Source of the DNA: Catajapyx aquilonaris
Lineage: Eukaryota
Direction of reading: 5' to 3'
DNA length: 55,785 nucleotides
NCBI GenBank assembly: GCA_000934665.2
Contig: KZ538215.1
Coordinates: 124,001-179,785 of the forward strand
Below, piece after piece: positions 28,147-40,400 of the stretch (position 1 is the stretch's first letter; every line of letters starts with the position of its first letter). The notes beneath the pieces are model-generated. The model was given only the letters and a program-made list of their open reading frames with translations. It did no database searches and was not told where the DNA came from. The position numbers and the translations under genes were made by a program.

Positions 28147-30990
28147 ATGCTGTCGGTCAGGCGTGTGGTGTGCGGGATATCCGGAGGAATCGACAGCGCG
28201 GTGGCGGCCCTACTGCTCAAGAACAAGGGTGACACTGTGATCCGTACTATCTATAGCAGCATGCACATCGCAACTGGGCTTTGTTGCAGTCTGGATCATA
28301 AGACCATTACTTTTTAAAATGTAGGATATGAAGTTGTTGGAGCATTTATGAGGAACTGGGATCTGGCTGACGAGACTGGACTCTGTGCAGCAGAGCAGGA
28401 TAAAGAGGATGCTGAGTGGGTATGCAAAAAGCTGGGCCTAAACCTGCACCAGGTCTCATTTGTTAAGGAATACTGGAATGATGTCTTCAGGTGAGCTAGT
28501 TCATTGTCTTATACTGATGTCATTGTATTTGTGTCCGACAAATATTGCAGTAAATTTCTCGAAGCATACGAGACAGGCCTAACACCAAATCCAGATGTGT
28601 GGTGTAACAAGTTTGTCAAGTTTGGAGCATTTTTTGATTATGCTTGTGTGAGATTGGGAGCCGATGCAATTGCAACAGGACATTATGCAAGGACAACATT
28701 TGGAGAAGATCTAGAGCACTATGATCAAGCAAAAGGTACATTTTTATAACACTGAATGAAGGCGATGGCATGCTAGTTGTTAAAAATAACTGTGTGTAAA
28801 TAAATGTGTACACTCAGGTGTGCGACTCCTCAAGGGTGTAGACCCAATCAAGGATCAGACGTTTTTCCTAAGCCAAATCTCTCAAGTGTCGCTGCAAAAA
28901 ACAATGTTCCCAGTAGGAAAGTACACTAAGGCACAAGTGAAAGAGATTGCCTTAGCATCTGGATTTGAAAGGCTGCTGAAGAAGAAAGAAAGTACTGGAA
29001 TATGCTTTATTGGATCTAGGAATTTTCCCAAATTTATATCAGATGTATGCTGCAATTTAAAACAAAAAATCATTCTTGGAAATATTAGGGGGAAGGACTC
29101 TGGATTTTTCTTTATTACAGTATGTTAACAATTCTCCGGGAAGATTTGTAGACATTGACACTGGCCGAGTGGTAGGATCTCATAATGGTATCCACCAGTG
29201 GACGTTAGGACAAAGGTGCCGCATTCCTGCCCAAGTGAAGCCTTACTTTGCGGCCAGAAAGGATCCTGATAGGCAGATAATTTATGTGGTAAGTGTTATT
29301 GGCACTATTTCAATTATCTGCAAGACTTCTAATAGTGATCTTTAGGCTTCAGGAACAAATCATCCAGCCCTGTTCACCAGTACAATATACACTGGTCCCG
29401 CTCACTGGATTCATTCTTCACCGTTTAGAAATGAAAACTTGTTTCATGGTGAATTCCGGTTTCAGCATACAAAGCCACTAGTGAAATGCAGAATTCATGA
29501 GCTGGAAAACAAAAACCTTGAAGTTCATTTGGAAACCCCACTTAGGGCATTAACACCTGGGCAGGTAAGAAAGGTGTAGGTCAAGAAATGTCATCTGGAA
29601 ATATCATTCTCCACATAAACAAGGAGAAATCTTATTTTATAATTATACAAGGTGTACCAGTCAGTAGATATACTGAAATTTTCTTCATAACTGTAAGAAT
29701 AATATTGTTTTTTAAAATCAACATAATTTACTGCATTTTTAACAGCATATGCTTTACTTCATGAGAAGCAAAATCATATCACATATGCTGAAGTTCCCTC
29801 CCTTTTTTCTGGTGACACTTGTATTGCATTGAACCAATGTGCCTGGAGTTGTGCCTCCATTTCTTGCCTGATATTATCTTGCAATGCTTTCATTATCTGT
29901 GGCTTGTTGTGCAAGTTACCTTCCACAAAGAGTGAGATTACAAAAAACCCTTGGAGAAGGATTTATGAAGGCGAATTGAAAAGTAATTGACAACTTTTTA
30001 AATTCCGAAGCTTCACTAGAAAAAATGAAACTGTCATATACATATGAAAGCCTTGCTCTCATTTAAGACATAGTCACCATACACTTTGGTGCACTTGTCC
30101 CACCGGGACACTAGTTTGTCCATGCCCCTGCGGAAAAAAGGGATAGGCTGGCTGGGCAGGCGGCCTCTTTGACTTCCTCAATGTCGCTAAGGTCTTGACA
30201 GGCCAGTTATTCTTCTTTTTTGGTCCAAAATATGGTACACCATGGTTAAACCCATCATTTTGTACCAATAAAGAGGCACCTGGTCGATCAGCATTTCAGC
30301 AACGTAGAGGAAGTGAATGAGGCCATCTGACACTGGTTTCCCAGTCAGCCTGATGCTTTTTTGGTATGGAAAAACTAGTGTCCTGGTGGGACAAGTGCAC
30401 CAAAATGTATGGTGATTGCGTCTAAAATTAGAGAAAGGCTTACCCTTTCATTTGTATATCCCAGTTTCAGATTCTGTAGTGAAGCTTCGGAATTTAAAAA
30501 GTTGTCAATTACTTTTTGATTCGCCCTCATACATTGGTAATACATGGCATACTGTTTCAGTGTGTGCTCTGTGTTGCAACAATGTTGGAGAGAAATAGAT
30601 GGCACTCTCAACATATGCTGTGATATTGTTTTACTTAAAATGAATTATGGTATATTCATATTGTGAATATAAATTGTATTCAAAGACACTAATTCATAAT
30701 GATCTAAAGGCTAACGAAACTTCAGGCCTCTAGCACATGGGGCAACCTGTGCTTTGAATAATTGTGTCATTTCTAGAGAGGAAGTTGATAAATGCCTGCC
30801 TTTTGTTGTTAATAGTACTGTACTACTGCCACAGCAATGCATACATCATTCTCACCATACACTTGTCATTCTTTTTCAGTTTGCTACATTTTATAAAGGA
30901 GAAGAGTGCTTGGGAAGTTCTCGTATTTTGCAGGCTGGATCACATGCTTCACATGACATAAAAGCAGCATTTGAAGCGAAAGCGCAATAA
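28147..30990 (+). CDS. TRMU: Mitochondrial tRNA-specific 2-thiouridylase 1 (MnmA/MTU1 family)
   Basis: Exons 28147-28228, 28325-28490, 28551-28735, 28818-29044, 29121-29288, 29346-29564 and 30880-30990 (GT-AG, frame-consistent, 385 aa). MnmA motifs: SGGIDS PP-loop, [49 protein letters not shown] and LRALTPGQ. Confidence 0.96.
29967..30528. mobile_element. Tc1/mariner-type MITE in TRMU intron 6
   Basis: Inverted arms of ~65 bp: ggcgaattgaaaagtaattgacaactttttaaattccgaagcttcacta / tagtgaagcttcggaatttaaaaagttgtcaattactttttgattcgcc. Confidence 0.75.
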
Positions 30991-31716
30991 ATTATTATAT
31001 TATGCTACCTTGTGTTCATTTTTTCATTGACATTGAGTACAATTGCTATACTCAGCGCCTGCTGCAATGGAGGTAAGCAAGTCCTTTCTAAACTCACTGC
31101 TGAGGAAGCCACTGCCGCAGCAACAGCGACATTGTTTCTCATGATTGATAACCTGGTTTTGGTCAAGATTGCATTAACATAATCTAGACAGCACGGACAA
31201 AATAGTGATAGATACCTGGCAACTTGGAGTGTAATATATTGCACATGCATGGAACTGTGCAGTATTGATTCAGTCATTGATAGCAATATGTGTTGTAGTA
31301 CGTGTAATTTAGAATCATGCATTTCCATGCATTTCCACCTCGGACGTCTTGATTTTGATCCATAGTAAGTAAGGGCTTTTTCCATCTATAGCAGTGGTTC
31401 GGTTATTTTTATAAATTGAAAAATAACTAAAATTTAAAAAGTAATAAAATACATTTTATTGGAAATTTCATCATAACGACCTACTAACACTTGGGGAGGG
31501 AGGAGGGGGGGGGGGGGGGNNNNNNNTTGACTATCATTAACGCAGGTCATGACCCAAAAAAGATAGATTAGATTTCCAATGGGCTTCTTCAGGACTGGAT
31601 GTAGACAATAAGTAAACAAGCTATGTCTATGGATTGAGAGTCTAAAGAGCCCCCTAAAATTTTAAATTTACTGTCCTTTTATTTAGGGACACTGACATGT
31701 GAATAGAATATATTAA

Positions 31717-31980
31717 CCTTGGAACCGTGACGTGGGGTCTTTTAGGACCCCAAAGGAATGAAAATGCATGCAAATGATAAATACAATGAACTTCTGCCAT
31801 GTTTTAAAAGTGTATAACAGGAAGTGCATGTTTATTTTGAATTAGCTATCATTTTAGGCATTGTTCAAAGAATGATTGCATACAGTCAAAACATTGAAAA
31901 GTAGTATACAAAAATTAATAAAACTTAAAATATGGATTGTCACGGTTGTCGTAACTTTCAGGCACGTCACGGTTTCAGGG
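31717..31980. mobile_element. piggyBac-type MITE
   Basis: TTAA|CCTTGGAACCGTGACGTG...CACGTCACGGTTTCAGGG|TTAA. A related remnant is at ~2935-3145. Confidence 0.8.
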
Positions 31981-33854
31981 TTAAATTCATGCTTGTTTTT
32001 CCGTTCTTCCCAATTATGTTAGCATTATGTATGCCCATAAATTAACTAAAAGAGAAGGGTACTAATTACCATTATGTTGCCAACTTCTCCGAGGAACAGC
32101 TATGTGAAGCTGTACAATTTTTGGAGAAAGAAATTTCCAACCGATCGATGATCTGTTTCTTCCCAGCTGGTGGTGCCCACCAGAAATGTCGATAAAGAAG
32201 TACGATTCGATTATTTCGACGTTCCGTGCACCCACGATCTTGTCCGTCCGCGTCCTTTTGTTGTCCCTTCGAAGATCGCGCCCGACACCGTATCGGTGCA
32301 CAATCTCCTGGCGGCCCTTCTCCCAACTCTTGCCCCAACTGCACACACTGTGAAACTCTTCTGCTACTACCGTAAACGCAGGGGTGTCTCTTCCGCGCAC
32401 GCCGCGCTTGCTTGTGGCCTGCCCTGCCCGCCTCTCCGCACACTCGCTGGAGAGCAGCAGCCGTGGCGGCAGTCCAGTGCAGTCGATGGGGGGACCTGGA
32501 CCAGCAGCAGTCGTCGCCTCCGCCGCAGTAGTCGGGCAGTAGGGTCCGTCATCCTCCCGTCATCCAGCTGCGATGATGGCGATGACGGCCCGACACCCGA
32601 CCGGCTGCAGCGGGGCCATCGTCAGGAGTGCAGCAGGCGTTGCCATGACCGCCGCCCTGACCACACCGCACCGAACTCACACCCAACAATACGACAAGTA
32701 AACAAACAGACGGCCGCCCCCTACACACACCATCAGCACCGATCGAGGCGGACAGGCGCGGCAAGACGAGGACAACCGCAGTCGTTGCTGTGGTGGTCCC
32801 GCGCCGGACGTGTTTCATCCACGTTCTTCTGGCTCCTGGGTGCGTACATACATCGTGTGTCGTGTTGTGCTGCAGTGGGAGGGCTGTCTGCTGCATTTTG
32901 TGCGTTGTAATAATAATCGCATGCAGCTCCCGTTTCTGTAGGGGGTTGGCATGTGAAGGTTGGATTAAGATTTGATGGTGTATTGATTGCTGCTGCTGGA
33001 CAAGTTGCTGCATGGGGTGTGCACTCGCCTGTCTGGGACAGTGTCAGGAGGGCATAAAATTTATGGTGCAGAGGAGAGATTCTAATTTCCTGGTGATAAA
33101 AACTGCAGTTCACATGACTGTTTAAAATTCCAATATGTGGGAATAAGTGTACTACTCAAAATAGGAAACGTATTACTCAATAGCAAACCTGTTAGGGCTA
33201 ACCTAGAGGGTGCAGCATCTTCAAACGTTAAGTGTCATCTGCAAACAAATTGCGTGCCAATATCACTGCATTATTGATTTTTCCCAATTGTTAACAGGTA
33301 ATATGTTGAGCCATCCCCGTAATGCACGAATGCTCAGTGAATATGTAGTAACATACTCTTTTCAATGGTTGCATCATTACACTAGAACATCAAACTTGAC
33401 CACTGCACATGGTGCACAATACTGCAAATCAGCAAAATATTGTGCAAAAAAGGCTGTTGCCATCAATAATGAAGTATGGTGAAACCAATACAGTTCAGTT
33501 TCAATAAAGGCCAAAAATAAAAGTCCAAAAAACTGGGTCGAATTTTTGTCCCACTGCTAGATACTGCTAACTTAGGAGTGGGACGAAGATTCAACCCACT
33601 GTCAATGTCTCACCAACAAAGAAATACGAGAGACTTTTTCTAGAAGATGGAGTAAAAATCTATGGTAAGTTTTATTTATTTATTATTAAACCGAGCAGCA
33701 TATACTTTGTACAGTAGTACATTAAAAACATGTGAATAGCTCATTTCTACGGTGTCTAGGACCAATTTCCCAATTATCCAGCAACACCCATGCAGCCATT
33801 AGCCCGGATAATCGGGAGTGCAGTGTAATTCATTTGAAAGACTATGTTGATCAT

Positions 33855-34530
33855 TAGGCCCCGGATTTGTAGGTTTTTACCTATTTAGTTCCTTGATAGT
33901 TATTCCTAATTTTTCAACATATCTTCGTGAGTTGGGGTATTCTGAGTGGAATATATAAATCTTATAGAACCTAAAATAACCTAATTGGGTGGTTAGAACC
34001 TATAAACACCTAAATTGAGGTTGAACCCCACTAAAACCTAATAAATACCTATTTCGGGGGTTTTAACGGAAATTGCACTTAAACCGCATGATGGGGTCCA
34101 AGAGAAGTTGCAGAATTTAAATTCGCCCCTGTTACATCTTGTGCCGCTGCCGTCAAGAGGTGTTTTTCTGGCCTGCGACGAATCATGTCAGATAATCGCC
34201 GAGGGATCACTGCAGAAAATCTTGCCATGTACTTGATTGTTCAAAGCCACAAGAGATCATGATTCATGCATGATCATGAAGCATCTGTTTTTAATTATTT
34301 CATAAAATATTGAATAAGATTTAATTGCCGCGTAAATTGATTTCATTGCTCAAATGCGACCCCACTGCAAGAATTAGCAATAAAAAGGACTTAAGTAACG
34401 GTTTTTAGATATGTTAATGCACTATAACCTATAAAAACCTAAAATAGAGTTTTTAAAACCTGTAAAAACCCAAAACACAGATCGAAAAAACCTAATTGGC
34501 GATTTTTAAAACCTACAAATCTGGGGCCTA
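33855..34530 (+). mobile_element. Non-autonomous hAT element retaining the transposase C-terminal dimerisation segment
   Basis: TIRs TAGGCCCCGGATTTGTAGG / CCTACAAATCTGGGGCCTA with a perfect 8-bp TSD TTGATCAT. 34113-34262 reads EFKFAPVTSCAAAVKRCFSGLRRIMSDNRRGITAENLAMYLIV. Confidence 0.88.
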
Positions 34531-34753
34531 TTGATCATGCAGTGATAATTCAGGTAAAATGTCTTGCAGATATTTAGTGATGGTGAAAAATATTGTGGAA
34601 TTCCTTTAACTTGTGCAAAATTATTACTTATAGATACACTTTCAGTTACAGGAATATGTGATATCCGATCATTGGAGCTTCACTAGTGAACAGAGCAACT
34701 CACAAAAAATTCCAAAGGGAGATGTGCCATCTGTGATTTCCTGAAGCTATGTG

Positions 34754-35440
34754 ATGGGTGTGTCATCAAGCTTGGCTGGATGTGCAAGACCTGTGAAGCC
34801 AGAGGACGGCTCTATCTCATCTTCCTCTGCTGCTGCTGTCCCTGACCCAGACGCCCTTTCCATCTCCAGCTGTGAGAGTCGCCGTCGCCTCCGCCAACAG
34901 GAACACCACCACCACCAGAGATATTACTCGGGAAATCCTGCCTCAATATTTGAGAACCCTGAATTTCACTTGGCTGATATCCCACAGCAGCTTACAAGGC
35001 TTCGAAGCTGTCCTGGGTCACCTCCTCGAAGCCTTGACTCCTCCGACATTTCTGTTGGTAACAACAATCCCGATCCTCCCACTGTTGCTCTTGGAGTGTC
35101 ATCCTCAGCCTCACTTCTGGCTAAGGGATACAAGAACTTGAATGAACGCCTAGTGAAGCTTAAGTCAGTGATATGCGCCAAGGGACAGTACGACCAGGAG
35201 CTCCTGGTTGAGGGTAGCAATAACAATCATACTGAGGTTGCTTACTGTTATGAGGAGGCAAGGAAGGAAGGGGAGGATAACAGCAGAGGTTTAGGAATTA
35301 CCTTGGGGAGAGCCAAAGGAGAGAATAGTGAGGAGGAGGAGGAGGTGGAGGCAGAGGAAGAGAAACTTGGGGATGACAAAGAGGGAGGGAGTGATGAGGA
35401 GGGGATAGCAGATGAGGTTGGTCTGCCGGACAACCACTAG
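34754..35440 (+). CDS. Uncharacterised 228-aa protein (Ser-rich N-terminus, His tract, acidic C-terminus)
   Basis: Uninterrupted ORF starting MGVSSSLAGCARP, with coding-like composition against AT-rich flanks. Upstream acceptor (ttcagttacag, 34651), candidate AATAAA at 35658-35663. No family recognised. Confidence 0.6.
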   Translation: MGVSSSLAGCARPVKPEDGSISSSSAAAVPDPDALSISSCESRRRLRQQEHHHHQRYYSGNPASIFENPEFHLADIPQQLTRLRSCPGSPPRSLDSSDISVGNNNPDPPTVALGVSSSASLLAKGYKNLNERLVKLKSVICAKGQYDQELLVEGSNNNHTEVAYCYEEARKEGEDNSRGLGITLGRAKGENSEEEEEVEAEEEKLGDDKEGGSDEEGIADEVGLPDNH

Positions 35441-36283
35441 CTCTGACCAACTTCTCACCGTCTTTTTTAAAAAGTGCTGTTCATCGCCCTGTATTTTTTA
35501 CAAGTAGTAAGTGTTGTGTTTTTATTTTTTTGATGTCATCATTATGTTTGGTTACAGTGCTTGCATTGGACTATATAAAGCAGTGAAGAAAAAATGCTAT
35601 AATATATACCTTAACTTCCGCATTGTGCATACACAAAAGTGCAAGTCAAGAAACTCCAATAAATTGTGTATTTGAAATTTTTCTCTTGAAACTTGATAAA
35701 GGATGATTGTGTTATGGTGCTTATGGTTAATTAGGAACATGGACTGACACCTGTACACATGGGAAGTAATGTTGTTTGTTTGATAATTCTATTTGGTTGA
35801 AATTTGTCAATGTTTATGCAAGTCACATACTCAACAGGCACGAAGCATGTGCCTCATGATTTATAGCTTCCTATATTTCTGACACTTTCTTAGAGATTCT
35901 CCTAATGGAATGGTCTGGGGTGTACTCGGTGACACCAGCAAGAAGATGAGCATTTACCAATGGATAGCAGGGTACATCCATGAAATATTTTTTGGAATTC
36001 ACCACGCAGGAAATATGTCTGGATGTGATTTTTAAAAAAGGGATGGGACAGTGTTAGGCGATACTATGGTTCAGCCTCTCTGTCATGCTTAATCTCATAT
36101 TTTCAGGCTGATCTGAAAAGGCATACAGGTCTTCATGATGCAAAGTACTGCTCTTCGACATCATGTGACTTTTTCAACAATATTATGAATATTATACAGC
36201 AGGCAGTTATCTATTACACAAATAAATTTGATTCTAATCAACTTTTTAAAAAGGAATATTCTTCATGCCTTAACTTGCCTTAA

Positions 36284-36567
36284 TCCTTAACTACTTCGGT
36301 GGAGCCTGAGCGGCTCCAACTACTATTTAAATATGATGCAACTTTTTAATTAAAATTTAAACAAGGCCCCTCTTTCTGTCGGAATATGCTGACTCAGCGT
36401 GTGATTTTTACATTTTTGGAAGCCTAATTATCTCAACTGCACTTTCTCTATGTGAAAAGTCCAATATAGCAATTTATCTTATAATCAGAGATTTAAATAT
36501 ACGATTGGAGCTGCTCATGTTCCACCTAAGTAACTAAAGGTGTTTCGGCCACCTAAATAGTGAAGGG
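36284..36567. mobile_element. piggyBac-type MITE
   Basis: TTAA flanks, ends AGTGAAGGG|TTAA. It is the reverse-orientation sister of 41372-41790. Confidence 0.7.
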
Positions 36568-37492
36568 TTAACTTAAACTTGGAATGTGACGTAAAGTTGT
36601 ACTACTACTAATTGTTTACTTTGATGAAAATATTCTCTAAATAATATCAGGTGGCACCAATGCATAAACAAAGTAATTGTTAACCATTTCAGAAGGTGAC
36701 TTGTTTGGAATGGAATGGCTTTTAAAAACTGATTCAACAGTGTTGGAGATCTGAAAACTTGTTAACTGCATCCCCTGAAATGTGAGCATGTGCTTATGCA
36801 TTATTCACTGCTGGTTCAATTCAAGCACAGTGTGTATCTACTGACATATTATTACACATCTGACAGAATTTTGATCATGCTACAGGGTGGTTTATGAATG
36901 TGATAATCTTAAAATCTACAACTGGCCTGGGCAGTGATGGAATTTTGTGGGGCATATTATTGTCTAGTCATACTGACACAGGATTACTAAAAATATACAT
37001 TTTACAATAGGGATAGTGTGTTGTGTAGTCCATTGCCCAAGATGTGAAACTAAGGCAATTTAGTGGTAGAACATGGCAGGATAGGGCAGGATAGTTGAAT
37101 ATCTGATGATTACCAAGGATGCTTTTAAATGCCAGTTGCCCACATTCTAAGTCACGCAGGGTTGCTCTGACAAGGTGTTGATATTTACTTTATAATGGTT
37201 TCTGGGATTGAAATTACCTGTGCATATTGAAGCTGCCATATGTGCCACACCAGCATTGTTTTCCATCCCAAAAATGTGCTTCCAACACCTCATGGGATCA
37301 AGTCAGTTTGACACCCTATCTAATTCCCCAAGAGTAAAACATGTAGTTTTCCAGTAATCATGTGTCAAGAAGACCAGGCAATTACCAATGTTTTTTTTTC
37401 CATGGAATTCCTAATTGACACCATACTTTCAGGTTTTTTAGAACCAAACATTTGGTGTTTTGTCTGCCTTGAAGAGAATCAACAGAAGCCAC

Positions 37493-40400
37493 ATGATGGA
37501 AGAAGACGAGGAGGCACATGGGGAACAACTGCAGCAGACTAGGGAACATAGTCATGTGGCTAAGCAGCTTAGTCATATGCCAAATATAGAAAGGCAGGCG
37601 ACTAGGGAAGAACTGGAGGACTTTGAAACCATTCTTAAACATGTGGGAGATAGATCTATTAAGACAGAGCCTTTGTCATGCAAACTGTATCCAGTGGACA
37701 AGGTAGATTATGATGATGATGAAGCTACCCTCAACTTCCTCAAGACTAGGCCTGCCAGCTTTATTATTATTGGGAGGCCTGGTGTACGTAAAACCAAGGT
37801 GGCTACAAAGCTGGCAAACTTTTGGAAGTGCATCTATATCAGTCGTAAGTATGACCACAGATCCAATGCAATACTTTTTTATGTCACCTTATGTTACATT
37901 ATTTGGTTTTTTAAGTACGTATACTTTTCACCTCTTGGGAAGAAAGTTCCTTTAAGGCAGCATTTCTCAACTGGGGTTCGAGGAGCAATCGCCAGGGATT
38001 CTGCAAGAAATAGTGTGAACAGCCTAATCATATGTAATGGTATTTTTGAGTAATTAATTGATAGTGTAATAATTTTAATGTAGGGGTTCCCTGAAACATG
38101 AATATGATTTAAAAGATTCCCCAAGGGTAATAAGTTTGAGAAACGCTGGTTTAAGGCGTGCACACTAAATAACTGCAAAAGTTTTGGGGTTGAGTAACTC
38201 CACGTCCCTGTATAACTCCACATACGTAATGAAAGACCAATGAAAAGCTATATCATTCCGACATTGAAGGATGTTTTGGTGCTGCTATATAGCTATACCG
38301 TTTCCCTTTTTAACCAATCACAAGAGTGGGATGGCAATTAGTGCCATGGTAATGGCCAAATTTACACTGTAATTATTATGGAATAGGCAGACCATATTTT
38401 ATAATACAGGGTGTAAATGAATTCAGCCGACAAACTTGTAGGGGTAATAGAGGGGACCAAGACAAACATATTTGACATAGGAAACCGTGTCTGGAAACAC
38501 TATCTAGAGGAGGTTCATAGACAAGGTACTGGTGCGCTCAGACGCGTCAGGCTGGTGGTGTTAGCGAGTGGACCGTTTAGTTGCTAGGTGGCGGGCAGAT
38601 TGTACGCAGCTTTGCAATTCACCATAACATGGCAACAACAGAGCCACCTAGCAAGTAAAGTCAGCATGCTAGGTAGCGCACAGATAATAAACAACAACTC
38701 TGTTGTTGCCAGGTTATGGCAAAATGCAAAGTTGTGTACAATCCGCCCACCACCTAGCAACTAAACGGTCCGCTCGCTAACGCCGCCAGCCTGACGCATC
38801 TGAGTGCACCCGTTCCTTGTCTATGAACCCCCTCTAGATGGCGTTTCTGGACACGCCTTCCTATGTCAAATACGAGGGGTGTTCAAGTCATTCCCGGACT
38901 TTATTTTTTAACAAATCACACACAAGTGACACAGGTGTCAAACTTATCCCACACCTTCCTTCATCTGTCTTGTATGTTCAGTGAAGGGCCAGTCTCCGTA
39001 AACAGTCGTGTGGGAGAGCAAAAAAATATGGTGTCGGGTGGTGTCAGGGCAGTAGTGGGACAGCGCATTATCATTAAGTTTCTGGTAGCGGAAGGCATCA
39101 AAACATCGGACATTGTCACCAGACTTAGGGGACAGTATGGGGAGGATACCATGAGCAGGTCGGTGGTGTACAAGTGGGCTGCACGATACAAAGACCGCCG
39201 CAAAAGTGTACTCAATGATCCGGGACATGGCGGGTCGGCGCCCAGTGTGGTGATGCCAGCGAACATTAAGCGTGTGGAGGGTTTAGCACTCAGTGGCCGT
39301 CGCGTTACTGTTCGTGAACTTGTGCAGATGACAGGAATCAGTTGTAGCAGTGTTGAGACTATTCTCCATGAACACCTTCACGTCTGTAAGGTGTCTGCAA
39401 GGCATTATTCTGCTGCAGGACAATGCCCGCCCCCACACAGCCCATATCACCACTGACAAAATTCGCACACTCAGTTGGACCACTATTCCTCACCCGCCAT
39501 ACAGCCCCGACCTCGCCACCAGCGATTTCCACCTTTTCGGGCCTATAAAAGAGCATTTGTCATCGAGACGAATGAGGCAGTGCAAGAAGCTGTCCTGGCA
39601 TGGCTGAGGAGGGGGGAACCCTCATTCTATGCTGCTGGTATATAAGCACTTATACATCACTGGGGAAAATGTTGTGCTGTTGCTGGGGACTATGTCGCGA
39701 AATGACCAAGGTTTGACATCTGTGTCACTTGTGTGTGATTTGTTAAAAATTAAAGTCCGGGAATGACTTGAACACCCCTCGTATGTTTGTCTTGGCCCCC
39801 TCTATTACCCCTACAAGTTTGTCGGCTGAATTCATTTACACCCTGTATAACCAGCAGTTGCACTCATTTTTCTCACAGGAATATTGATGAAGAGATTATT
39901 TTAGTGAAATGTGTACATCCAGTAAATGGATGCCTAATGTTTCTTTCAAGAGAGCTTTCTTCCTCATGCAGGTACTCTCTCATTATACAGTGTGGTACAC
40001 ATATTGGGTTCCTTTTTCGGAACTTACACATGAAGCTGTTATTTTTGTGTGGCTTTTTGCACCCCGATTGAGGTGCCCAATTATTACCAGGTGTGGTCGA
40101 ATATAGAAGCTGGTGATATAATGGAAATAATTGGGCACCTTGACTGGAGCATAAAAAGCTACCCTACAAAAATAATAGCTTCATGTGGAGTTCCGAAAAA
40201 GGAACCCAATATCAATATGTACCGCACTGTATAATGAGAGGCCACGTACATGGAGAAGAAATATGGTTTTTGCCTTGCCAAAATGTGGAGGAAAATAATG
40301 ATAATAGCTCTCAACTTACAGGGCTTGCAAGCTTGAAGAGAGAGCTTTGCAAATATAGTTGCTAAAAATTTCTAGAGGAAAATAATAATAATTAGTGTTA

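Noticed and set aside
32170..32910. 246-aa GTG-initiated ORF
   Set aside because: Non-ATG start, Arg/Ser/Pro-rich CpG-island composition and overlapping ORFs on both strands. It is better explained as promoter and 5' leader.
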